Assembly (NCBI GenBank): GCA_020349965.1
Contig: CP070705.1
Coordinates: forward strand, 759,569-823,568
Source of the DNA: a candidate division WOR-3 bacterium
Lineage (GTDB): Bacteria; Hydrothermota; Tepidihabitantia; SM23-42
Length of the DNA stretch: 64,000 nt
Direction of reading: 5' to 3'
How positions within the stretch are numbered: position 1 is the stretch's first letter; each line of letters opens with the position of its first letter. A program made the position numbers and the translations under genes. Under the pieces are notes generated by a model. It made no database searches. It saw nothing but the letters and a program-made list of their open reading frames with translations, and was not told the DNA's origin. Positions 1 through 8,424 of this stretch are shown piece by piece.

Positions 1-482
1 ACAAATTGAAAGAAGGAGTAATTCCGAGGCAGTTCGTGCCTGCGATAGAGCAGGGGGTACGGGAGCAAGCTGAGGTAGGTGTCCACTTTGGCTATCCAGT
101 TATCGATCTCCAGGTGACTATCCTCGACGGTCAGCATCACCCAATTGATTCATCCGATCTCGATTTCAAAGTGGCAGCCCAGATCGCACTGCGCGAGGGT
201 TTCGAAAAGGGTGAACCGACGCTGCTCGAACCGATTATGTCGCTGGAGATAATTGTGCCTCAGAATTACCTGGGCGATGTAATCAACGACATCAATTCCC
301 GAAAGGGTCGTATCCTGAGCATCGAAACGAATAAGCAGGAGAAGATCATCGAAGCGAGTTTGGCACTTGCCAAATCCTTTGGCTATGCAACGGATCTGAG
401 GTCTATTACACAGGGGCATGGTATACACACGATGCAGTTCTCTCACTATGAACCCAAGGAAGAGAAGGAAGGAACCATTTGA
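1..482 (+). CDS. fusA: Elongation factor G, C-terminal portion (5' end lies outside the window)
   Basis: The translation (…GVIPRQFVPAIEQG…, EF-G domain IV/V motifs) matches the EF-G C-terminus. The reading frame is open to the window edge. Confidence 0.85.
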   Translation, partial: KLKEGVIPRQFVPAIEQGVREQAEVGVHFGYPVIDLQVTILDGQHHPIDSSDLDFKVAAQIALREGFEKGEPTLLEPIMSLEIIVPQNYLGDVINDINSRKGRILSIETNKQEKIIEASLALAKSFGYATDLRSITQGHGIHTMQFSHYEPKEEKEGTI

Positions 483-676
483 TGCGTACATGCGAATTAG
501 TCGGTTGCGTCCGAACCCTACCATAGCAAGAAAGTAACGTCCAATGGTCAAGGGTTACGAAGCCCGTATCGTCTTAAAAGGTCACGGTTACGTGTTGGTA
601 ACGTGGGACGTAGCCCTTGAACGTAACGGGCATCGTCACCCTCAAACGACAGACGAGTTTTGAAAGTCGAGGTACA

Positions 677-1552
677 ATGAAAAAAGAGTGTGTCTTTATT
701 GACGTCTTCACCGATACCGCCTTTGCGGGAAACCAGCTTGCCGTCTTCCCAGATGGCAGTGGTCTTACCGTTGATCAGATGCAGAGACTTGCCAACGAAA
801 TCAACTATTCGGAGACAACATTCATTTTTGAAAGCGAACGATCTGAGTCAGATTTCGATATACGGATCTTCACGCCGGGCAGTGAACTCCCATTTGCCGG
901 TCATCCAACACTCGGTACTGCCTACGCGATAATGGATCTCTTTGACCTCGGGAAAAGCGGGAGTGATTCGCTGACATTGGGAACGAAGGTCGGTGCGATC
1001 TCGCTGCAGAAGCAGGGACGTATCCTCTGGATGACTCAGAACCAACCCGAATTTTTCGATCAGCACACAGATATGGAAAGAATCGCTGGGCTTGTTGACC
1101 TTTCGCCCGATGATATCTCGACTGATCTGCCGGTGGAAGAGGTGTCGACCGGCAACCGAGTGTTGATCATTCCGGTGAAGGCATTGAATGCCATAGGCCG
1201 TGCCAGGGGCAATGCGACAAATTTAAGCGGATACCTTGCAAAGGATGTCGTGGGCCCTTATCTCTTTTCCCTCGAAACCACGCGTGCAGACACGGCAGTG
1301 CATACTCGTTTCTTTGCGCCCCACCTGGGCATTATGGAAGACCCGGCAACGGGGTCTGCTGCCGGTCCACTGGTCGGTTATTTTCTTAAGCACAATGTTT
1401 TTGGTACAAGATTCGAGGTCGAGAACGAACAGGGTGTAGAGATGGGGCGACGCTCAAGGATACTGATGCGTGGTGTACTCGAAGGTGCTGAGTACACGAT
1501 TCAGATCGGTGGCGAGTGTGCCTACGCCGGCAGAGGCGAATTCGAGATCTAA
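677..1552 (+). CDS. PhzF-family (phenazine biosynthesis-like) isomerase
   Basis: The ORF spans 617..1552. The N-terminus 'MKKECVFIDVFTDTAFAGNQLAVF' and overall length are typical of PhzF/YddE-family proteins. I prefer the internal ATG at 677 because it follows a purine-rich stretch. Confidence 0.7.
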   Translation: MKKECVFIDVFTDTAFAGNQLAVFPDGSGLTVDQMQRLANEINYSETTFIFESERSESDFDIRIFTPGSELPFAGHPTLGTAYAIMDLFDLGKSGSDSLTLGTKVGAISLQKQGRILWMTQNQPEFFDQHTDMERIAGLVDLSPDDISTDLPVEEVSTGNRVLIIPVKALNAIGRARGNATNLSGYLAKDVVGPYLFSLETTRADTAVHTRFFAPHLGIMEDPATGSAAGPLVGYFLKHNVFGTRFEVENEQGVEMGRRSRILMRGVLEGAEYTIQIGGECAYAGRGEFEI

Positions 1553-1643
1553 AACACAACGATGATTCAATAGTCACGGCGTATGTGCCTTGCCGTGTGA
1601 TCCTGCGATGATGATTTATTCTAATTTGTAAGGGATTCCGGGT

Positions 1644-3053
1644 CTACCAGACGCCGGTCTTCAGGTATTCGTGCATCGACCGCGCGGCAATGCGGGCATC
1701 GCCCATGGCGAGTATTACGGTGGCGCCACCCCGGACTACGTCTCCACCTGCCCAACAGCCTTTCTTAGAGGTTTTGTTCGTTTTGGCGTCGATCTCAATG
1801 TTGCCCCACTTGCCGATCTTCAGGTCAGGCGTCGTCTGAGGAATGAGCGGGTTCGGACTCTGGCCGATTGCACATACTACAGTATCGACCGCAGTAATGA
1901 AGTTAGATCCTTCGATCGGGACAGGACGGCGCCGCCCTGACGCATCAGGTTCACCCAATTTCATGCGGATGCACTCCATTTCTTTCACCCAGCTGTATTC
2001 ATCCCCGACATATTGCAAGGGAAGCGTGAGGTACTCGAAGACGATACCTTCTTCTTCGGCGTGATGAATCTCTTCGGCGCGGGCGGGCATTTCCTTGAGG
2101 GACCTGCGGTAGACGATCCGCACTTCATCGGCACCGAGGCGAAGTGCCGTGCGTGCACAATCCATGGCCACATTACCACCGCCAATGACGGCGACCCTCT
2201 TACCCCGAACGATCGGCGTATCATACTGGGGGAAGAGGTATGCCTTCATCAAGTTTGCTCTCGTGAGGTACTCGTTTGCCGAATAGACGCCATTGAGGTT
2301 CTCACCGGGAATGTTCATGAACCATGGCAGACCAGCACCGGTACCGATGTATACTGCATCGAACTCTTGGAGAAGTTGGTCGATCGTAGCAGTCTTGCCG
2401 ACGACAAAATCAAGGTAGAGCTTGACCCCGCACTTGAGCAGATAGTCGACCTCGCGTTCGATGATCGCTTTAGGTAACCTGAATTCAGGAATGCCGTACA
2501 CGAGTACGCCCCCTGGTTTGTGCAGCGCCTCGAAGATCTTTATCCCGTGGCCGAGCATTACCAGGTCTCCGGCAACGGTCAATCCACCCGGACCGGCACC
2601 GATGACAGCAACCTTCTTGCCGGTCGGCGGCGGTATTTGGGGGATCGATGCTTCACCCGCGGAGGCTTCGCGGTCGGCAGCGAAGCGTTCAAGACGGCCG
2701 ATCGCTACCGGTTCATACTTTTTCGCCAATACGCACAATTTCTCGCACTGGTCTTCTTGGGGGCAGACCCGGCCGCATACGGCGGGCAGGACATTCCTTT
2801 CCTTCAGGCGTTTTATGGCACCTTCGAAGTCTCCCTCGGCAATGAATTTTATGAAGCCGGGTATGTCGATCTCGACCGGGCAGCCAGGTATGCAGGTAGG
2901 CTTCTTGCACTGCAAGCAGCGTTTTGCTTCGGCAATGGCTTCCTGATCATTGTAACCGTATGGTACTTCATCATAACCTTTTCTCCGCTCCTTGGCGGGC
3001 CGTTCGCGCATCGGCGTCTTCTTCGGTACGATCTTGTTAGCCATATTTCTCAC
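1644..3053 (-). CDS. nfnB: NfnB / GltD-like subunit of an NADH-dependent ferredoxin:NADP oxidoreductase (glutamate synthase small-chain family)
   Basis: 469 aa. The N-terminus has 2×[4Fe-4S] Cys clusters (CLQCKKPTC…CPVE; CGRVCPQEDQCEKLC). Two Rossmann motifs are present (VAVIGAGPGG, VAVIGGGNVAMDCA). It overlaps the upstream nfnA-like gene by 17 nt. Confidence 0.8.
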   Translation of the reverse strand: MRNMANKIVPKKTPMRERPAKERRKGYDEVPYGYNDQEAIAEAKRCLQCKKPTCIPGCPVEIDIPGFIKFIAEGDFEGAIKRLKERNVLPAVCGRVCPQEDQCEKLCVLAKKYEPVAIGRLERFAADREASAGEASIPQIPPPTGKKVAVIGAGPGGLTVAGDLVMLGHGIKIFEALHKPGGVLVYGIPEFRLPKAIIEREVDYLLKCGVKLYLDFVVGKTATIDQLLQEFDAVYIGTGAGLPWFMNIPGENLNGVYSANEYLTRANLMKAYLFPQYDTPIVRGKRVAVIGGGNVAMDCARTALRLGADEVRIVYRRSLKEMPARAEEIHHAEEEGIVFEYLTLPLQYVGDEYSWVKEMECIRMKLGEPDASGRRRPVPIEGSNFITAVDTVVCAIGQSPNPLIPQTTPDLKIGKWGNIEIDAKTNKTSKKGCWAGGDVVRGGATVILAMGDARIAARSMHEYLKTGVW

Positions 3054-3861
3054 ACTCGTAGAAACTCAATGAATAGACCTCTTCTTTCAAATAGATCTTG
3101 CGGCGGGACAAAAGATTCTGCCAGTCAACCTGGTGGCCGTCGAATTCGGGGCCGTCGACGCAGCCGAATTTGGTTTCGCCGTTTACGATGACCCGACAGA
3201 CACCGCACATGCCGGTGGCGTCGACCATGATCGGATTGAGTCCCACCAAGGTTCTTATGCCGAACGGGCGGGTCGTCTCGGAACAGAGATATGTAAGGTA
3301 GGTACATCCCTGAACATAGACGAGATCGATCCGTTCTCTTTTCAGATAATCATTGAGGAAATCATTAGCGTGTCCTTTGATGCCCCTTGTTCCATCGCGC
3401 GTTATCTCAAAGAACTCGTCACTATGCTCTTTCAGTCTATCCTGCCAGTAGAGCATGAATTCGCTTCGCGCTTCGATCGCCGTGATCACTCTGTTGCCGT
3501 TCTTCTTGAATGCACGTATCACGGGGAGGATCGCACCGATGCCGTAGCATCCACCGATGCACAGGACATTCTTGTCTTTCGTCAGTTCAGTGGGCTTGCC
3601 CAGAGGGCCGACAAGTGTCGCGAGTTCGTCACCTGCGTTCAGGGCTGCCAGCTTTCTGGTTGAGGTACCGATCTCGAGAAAAATGATGCTGATGCTCGTA
3701 TCGTTCCAGTCAACGAGATTGAGCGGGATCCGTTCACCATATTCATCGGCGCGGACAACGACGAATTCACCGGCTTGTGCATTCCTGTGGATAGCGTCGG
3801 ATTCGATGACCAGAAGGTGTATGTTGGGTACTATCTTCTCTCTCTTCAGGATTTTGTACAT
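3037..3861 (-). CDS. nfnA: NfnA / PyrK-like FAD and [2Fe-2S] electron-transfer subunit (sulfide dehydrogenase alpha-like)
   Basis: 274 aa. It has a ferredoxin-reductase-like fold and a C-terminal Cys cluster (GMCGVCRV…CVDGPEF) typical of PyrK/NfnA. It is translationally coupled to nfnB. Confidence 0.8.
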   Translation of the reverse strand: MYKILKREKIVPNIHLLVIESDAIHRNAQAGEFVVVRADEYGERIPLNLVDWNDTSISIIFLEIGTSTRKLAALNAGDELATLVGPLGKPTELTKDKNVLCIGGCYGIGAILPVIRAFKKNGNRVITAIEARSEFMLYWQDRLKEHSDEFFEITRDGTRGIKGHANDFLNDYLKRERIDLVYVQGCTYLTYLCSETTRPFGIRTLVGLNPIMVDATGMCGVCRVIVNGETKFGCVDGPEFDGHQVDWQNLLSRRKIYLKEEVYSLSFYECEKYG

Positions 3862-6023
3862 TCGAGCCTCACCGGTTCGTTCTTCAATCTGCGTGCTGAA
3901 GGGTGGTCGAATACGAGAACAGTACTTTGCGGTAGGTACGAAGAGATCTTTACCGGCATGATGAACGAAGTGCGGCGCCCGATGATGGTTGCCCGCGCTC
4001 CGTCACGCAGCCCGAACTTCTTCGCCGTATTTTCGTTGATCCACGCGGAGCGATCATGGCGCAGTCGGTCGAATCCTCTCAATATGGCCGAGAGCGTTTT
4101 GCCGCGGTATGTGTAGGCGTTCTCCCTGACGATGAGACGTAGTGGATATGCCCGGTTCGTTTTTCTTAGGGTCGCGCGCTTCGTCACTATTTTTCTCTTT
4201 CCTGACTTCTTGGTCAGTCTCAAGTCCATGGCGCGGGCGATGGCTTCGACGATCATGTCATCCGGCATCGCTCTACCGATTGGTTCAATGGCGCGGCGTA
4301 CCCTTTTCGTTCTGTCCTCGATGTCAACCATCTGGCCGTCCGTTTCGGCGAACGTGGCTGCCGGAAGGAAGACGTCAAAGTCAAAATCGGGCAGGAAGCA
4401 ATCTTGTACAATGACCGTACCGTACTTTCTCTCCAACTTCGGCGCAACACCGACAAGGTAGAGGCAGTCGATATTCTTGCTCGTCAACATTTCTTCATGT
4501 GTACAGTGAAATCCCATCCTGGATATCCTGAGGGCGTTGGGTTGACTGAAAAGGGGGAATGTCTTGCACGATTTGCTTGACTTTTCGATCACAGAATTCG
4601 ACGGATCGTATAGCACGTACACTTTCTTGCCTTTGACCAGTCGCTGTGCGAGCTCGATTTCGGCAGCGGAAATGCCCGATTCCTTGGGAAAGCGTCCTGG
4701 GCCGCAGAGTACGTCGACGATCTTTTGCTCGGTGCCGGGGTTTGGTTTCAAGACGGTGTCGGCAAAGCGGTCTGACGGGCGTGCGAAGGCGTCGATGACG
4801 ATGAAGGTCGCCCTGTCTTTCATTTTCCTGCGTAGTGTGAGGAGGAGGACCGAGTAATCGCCGACCATGTCGGTGTTCACGATGATCATCGCAGCCTTGC
4901 CTTTGATCTCACTGAGGGCGAGCGGCCTTGGGGGAACATTCGACAGGAAAGGCATGGCCAACTTCGCGCTCAAAGATCCACCGAGCGCATAGATATTTTC
5001 GGCTGCCTCGACTGTCAACTGAGGTGAAAACAGAAATCCGGTTCGGTTTCGGTGCTCCCGCAATTTTTGCGAAACGCATTCTAGTGCTTCATCCCACTCC
5101 ACTTCGATCACCCCGTCACGTTTCTTCATCAACGGCTTTGTTATGCGTCTGGGATGGTTCACAATGGGCGCGATGGCGAAACGGCCACGTGCACAAATCT
5201 GATCTTTGTGCGGCGTGGAACAGGTTATCTTCCCGTTCGAAACATTTAGATCGACCGCGCATCCTATGCTGCAAAGCATACAGGTCGTCTTGACCGTCCT
5301 TTCCGGAGGGCCGTCATACCGGCTGAATCGATCCCTGAGTGCGCCGGTGGGGCAGATGTCGACACAGGCACCGCAGAATTGACAGCCCGATTCGAGATGG
5401 GGTAGATCGAATGCGGTGCCGACGAGCGTCTTTGGTCCGCGATGATGGAATTCGAGTGTGTGGGCGTGCCTGATTTCGTGGCATGCGCGAATGCACCTGC
5501 CGCACAGTACGCACAGGTTGTAATCGCGATCGAAGAATGGGTCGTCCCTCTGCGTCTCGAGATTTCGGTAACGGAATTCGAAATGGAGATCTTTTATGTC
5601 CATGTCCCTGACCAGATCCTGCAGTTCGCATTTGTTATTCTGTGGGCACGACTTGCAGCCAAATGTGACGGCAGACTTCTTTATGCACTCCTGGAAATTG
5701 TCGCAGTCTTTCTCGCGTTCGCATATCAGGCAGGCACTCGGATGTTCGGAAAGGATGAGCTGGAGTGTCGATCTCCTTAGTTTTCGCAGGCGCGGAGTAT
5801 CGGTCTTGATTACCATTCCGTCTTCGGCGGTCAGCGTGCAGGCGGTAAGGGGCGTCTGCTTTCCCTTCATGTCAACGATGCAGAGACGGCAACCGCCGTA
5901 CGGCGACAGATCCTTGTGGTGGCAGAGCGTGGGGATGCGGATGCCCGATCTCTGGGCGACCTGGAGCACTGTTTCACCGTATCGTGCTGTGCATTTTTTT
6001 CCGTTGATCGTGATCCTCATCAT
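3846..6023 (-). CDS. NuoG-like Fe-S subunit with a truncated molybdopterin-oxidoreductase domain; no [FeFe]-hydrogenase H-cluster motifs seen
   Basis: 725 aa. The N-terminus has a [2Fe-2S] ferredoxin (CHHKDLSPYGGCRLC) and a His-ligated 4Fe-4S motif (HPSACLICEREKDC). Two ferredoxin-type 4Fe-4S motifs follow, then a MopB Fe4S4 domain (CMLCSIGCAVD…ICARGRF) and a short MopB-like C-terminus. Confidence 0.8.
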   Translation of the reverse strand: MMRITINGKKCTARYGETVLQVAQRSGIRIPTLCHHKDLSPYGGCRLCIVDMKGKQTPLTACTLTAEDGMVIKTDTPRLRKLRRSTLQLILSEHPSACLICEREKDCDNFQECIKKSAVTFGCKSCPQNNKCELQDLVRDMDIKDLHFEFRYRNLETQRDDPFFDRDYNLCVLCGRCIRACHEIRHAHTLEFHHRGPKTLVGTAFDLPHLESGCQFCGACVDICPTGALRDRFSRYDGPPERTVKTTCMLCSIGCAVDLNVSNGKITCSTPHKDQICARGRFAIAPIVNHPRRITKPLMKKRDGVIEVEWDEALECVSQKLREHRNRTGFLFSPQLTVEAAENIYALGGSLSAKLAMPFLSNVPPRPLALSEIKGKAAMIIVNTDMVGDYSVLLLTLRRKMKDRATFIVIDAFARPSDRFADTVLKPNPGTEQKIVDVLCGPGRFPKESGISAAEIELAQRLVKGKKVYVLYDPSNSVIEKSSKSCKTFPLFSQPNALRISRMGFHCTHEEMLTSKNIDCLYLVGVAPKLERKYGTVIVQDCFLPDFDFDVFLPAATFAETDGQMVDIEDRTKRVRRAIEPIGRAMPDDMIVEAIARAMDLRLTKKSGKRKIVTKRATLRKTNRAYPLRLIVRENAYTYRGKTLSAILRGFDRLRHDRSAWINENTAKKFGLRDGARATIIGRRTSFIMPVKISSYLPQSTVLVFDHPSARRLKNEPVRLECTKS

Positions 6024-7852
6024 TTCACCGCCGGGGATACTTTCTTCACCGCGTTGAATTTAGGCGGACAGACCGTGATGCAGATGCCACACTTCGTGCA
6101 CTTTTGTTGGTCAATGGTATGTATTTTTTTCGGTTCGCCGCTGATAGCGTCACTGGGGCAATTCTTGGCGCAGACCGTACAGCCGCCACACAGTTTGTCG
6201 TCGATGACGTAGGAGATTAGATCTTTGCAGACAAGGGCGGGGCAGCGTTTTTCTTTGATGTGCGCTTCGTATTCGTCACGAAAGTATCTGAGGGTCGTCA
6301 GCACGGGATGGGGTGCGGTCTGGCCCAGTCCGCACAGTGATGAGAGTTTCACGTTCTCAGCGATGCTCTCGAGAAATTGGATGTCGCCTTCGCGGCCTTT
6401 ACCTTTTGTCTTTCGATCGAGCGTGTAGACCATGTGCTTCGTGCCCATACGACAGGGTGGGCATTTACCGCACGATTCCTCTTGCGTGAAATTAAGGAAA
6501 TATCGCGCAACATCAACCATGCACGTATCCTCGTCCATTACGATCATGCCGCCCGAGCCCATCATCGAGCCGGCCTGGGTCAGGCTTTCGTAATCGATCG
6601 GCAGGTCGAGCATGTTTTTCGGGATGCACCCGCCCGATGGACCGCCGGTTTGGACTGCCTTGAATTCTTTTCCCTGCGGGATCCCTCCGCCTATGTCGTA
6701 GATGATCTCGCGCATGGTGATTCCCATCGGTACTTCGACGAGTCCGGTATTATTGATCTTGCCGACGAGTGAGAATATCTTCGTACCCTTGCTCGTTTTC
6801 GTGCCGATCGAAGAGAACCATTTCGCGCCACGGCTGATGATCATCGGCACATTTGCCCAGGTCTCCACGTTGTTGATGTTCGTCGGTTTGCCCCAGAGCC
6901 CTTTTTCTGAAGGGTAGGGCGGTCTCTGTCTCGGTCGACCGACCTTGCCTTCGATCGATGCGATCAGCGCCGTTTCCTCGCCGCACACAAAGGCACCGGC
7001 TCCTTGGACGACTTCAATGTCGAAGTCAAAATTTGTTCCCAGGATATCCTTACCGAGCAAGCCGTATTCTTCGGCCTGCGAAAGAGCGATCTTCAAACGC
7101 TTGACGGCGAGGGGATACTCGCTGCGTACATAGACAAATCCTTTGTGCACACTGATCGCCCGGGCTCCGATCGTCATGCCTTCGATCACCGAATGAGGAT
7201 CGGCTTCCAGCACGCTGCGGTCCATGAATGCGCCCGGGTCACCTTCGTCACCGTTGCAGATTATGTACTTGATACGCCCAGGTTCGCGACGGCACAGATC
7301 CCATTTCATACCGGTCGGAAAACCGGCACCGCCTCTTCCGCGCAAACCTGATGCCTTTACTTCCTTGATTATTCGTTCCGGTGTCATTCTGGTGAGGGCT
7401 ATCTCCAGCGCCTGATACCCGTTGAAACCGATGTATTCATCGATGTTTTCCGGATCGAGTCGCCCGCGATTGCGCAATATGATCAAGCGTTGATGCTTGA
7501 AAAATTCTATGTCCATCATTTTGGGTACGGGTGCTTCTCTTGGTGAGGGTATGTACATCAATTCCTTCACGGGCCGGCCTTTGAGGAGATGTTCTTCGAC
7601 GAGATGGGGTATGTCCTTCTTCTTCATCCGCTGATAGAAGATGCCGTCGGGTTGCACGATGACGATCGGCCCCCGTTCACAGAACCCCTGGCAGCCGGTT
7701 GTAACGACACCGATTTCGTCGCTCAGTTTCTTCCTGGCGATCTCCTTCTGGAGTTCTTCCTTGATGTCGAAAGCGTGGTTGGCAACACAACCAGTCCCGG
7801 CGCAGACCAGTAGATGGAGGCGGAATTCTTCAGTCTTTCTTCTTCTTTTCAT
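6020..7852 (-). CDS. NuoF/HydB-like NADH-binding flavoprotein with an N-terminal thioredoxin-like [2Fe-2S] domain and a C-terminal 2×[4Fe-4S] ferredoxin domain
   Basis: 610 aa. It carries the NuoF FMN/NADH motifs (GRGGAGFPTGMKW, ICNGDEGDPGAF, ESCGKCPPCR). The N-terminus reads 'LLVCAGTGC…GCQGFC'. The C-terminus reads 'CGGCTVCAKNCP…CTKCGICITVCP'. Confidence 0.85.
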   Translation of the reverse strand: MKRRRKTEEFRLHLLVCAGTGCVANHAFDIKEELQKEIARKKLSDEIGVVTTGCQGFCERGPIVIVQPDGIFYQRMKKKDIPHLVEEHLLKGRPVKELMYIPSPREAPVPKMMDIEFFKHQRLIILRNRGRLDPENIDEYIGFNGYQALEIALTRMTPERIIKEVKASGLRGRGGAGFPTGMKWDLCRREPGRIKYIICNGDEGDPGAFMDRSVLEADPHSVIEGMTIGARAISVHKGFVYVRSEYPLAVKRLKIALSQAEEYGLLGKDILGTNFDFDIEVVQGAGAFVCGEETALIASIEGKVGRPRQRPPYPSEKGLWGKPTNINNVETWANVPMIISRGAKWFSSIGTKTSKGTKIFSLVGKINNTGLVEVPMGITMREIIYDIGGGIPQGKEFKAVQTGGPSGGCIPKNMLDLPIDYESLTQAGSMMGSGGMIVMDEDTCMVDVARYFLNFTQEESCGKCPPCRMGTKHMVYTLDRKTKGKGREGDIQFLESIAENVKLSSLCGLGQTAPHPVLTTLRYFRDEYEAHIKEKRCPALVCKDLISYVIDDKLCGGCTVCAKNCPSDAISGEPKKIHTIDQQKCTKCGICITVCPPKFNAVKKVSPAVK

Positions 7853-8294
7853 ACTCTTTCAGGAGCCGGTCGACCTTGTTGACCGTAGTCTGACCGTGGT
7901 ACTCGTCATCGACGACGACGATCGGTGCGAGGGCGCACGCACCGAGGCAGTTAACGGTTTTCAATGTGAATTGATTGTCTTCGGTCGTGCCGCCGGTTTC
8001 GATCCGCAAGCGATCTTCGAGCCGGGACAGAACAGAGGGTGCGCCCCGGACATGGCATGCCGTGCCCATGCAGACCGTGACCAGATGTTCACCCCGCGGT
8101 TTTAGACTGAATGCGGAATAGAACGTGGCGATACTGTAAATACCACTCAACGGCATTCCCAGTCGTTGACCTGCATATTCGAGGACGTCCTTCGGAAGGT
8201 AGTTGTAAATGGACTGAATATCGTTGAGGATCTGTATAATCCTTTCTTTTCGGTAACCGTGGTGTTTGATGATGCGATCGATTTTTTTCATCAA
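7830..8294 (-). CDS. NuoE/HoxE-like [2Fe-2S] thioredoxin-fold subunit
   Basis: 154 aa with the motifs CMGTACHVRG…CLGACALAP. It overlaps the nuoF-like start and is the first gene of the operon. Confidence 0.85.
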   Translation of the reverse strand: MMKKIDRIIKHHGYRKERIIQILNDIQSIYNYLPKDVLEYAGQRLGMPLSGIYSIATFYSAFSLKPRGEHLVTVCMGTACHVRGAPSVLSRLEDRLRIETGGTTEDNQFTLKTVNCLGACALAPIVVVDDEYHGQTTVNKVDRLLKEYEKKKKD

Positions 8295-8424
8295 GCGCTA
8301 TTATACATACCATTGCAAAAAAATCAAGGGTTTGATGAGGTAATTTTTTGATCCTCAAGTACCTAATTCGTGGTCCGCCCTGTGATGTGTCTAATATACT
8401 ACTTTGTGTTGTGAGTCAACCTAC

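Noticed and set aside
617-676. Upstream extension of the PhzF-like ORF (start at 617)
   Set aside because: The extra 20 residues (MNVTGIVTLKRQTSFESRGT) overlap the GTWAC-box region, and PhzF-family proteins normally begin at the 'MK…V.FTD' segment.
1565-1600. Inverted repeat (tcacggc…gccgtga) between convergent phzF-like and nfnB genes
   Set aside because: It has a weak stem, a long loop and no T-run. It could be a bidirectional terminator but the evidence is thin.
2013-3191. Long plus-strand ORFs (154–223 aa) inside the nfnB/nfnA region
   Set aside because: They lie entirely antisense to well-supported Fe-S/flavoprotein genes. Their translations are low-complexity (Arg/Gly/Pro-rich) with no recognisable motifs. 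They are typical GC-rich antisense shadow ORFs.
8295-8424. Possible Rex-type operator upstream of the nuoE-like operon (…TTGTGTTGTGAGTCAAC…)
   Set aside because: It is only a partial palindrome and does not match the TTGTGAA-N6-TTCACAA consensus well enough to call.
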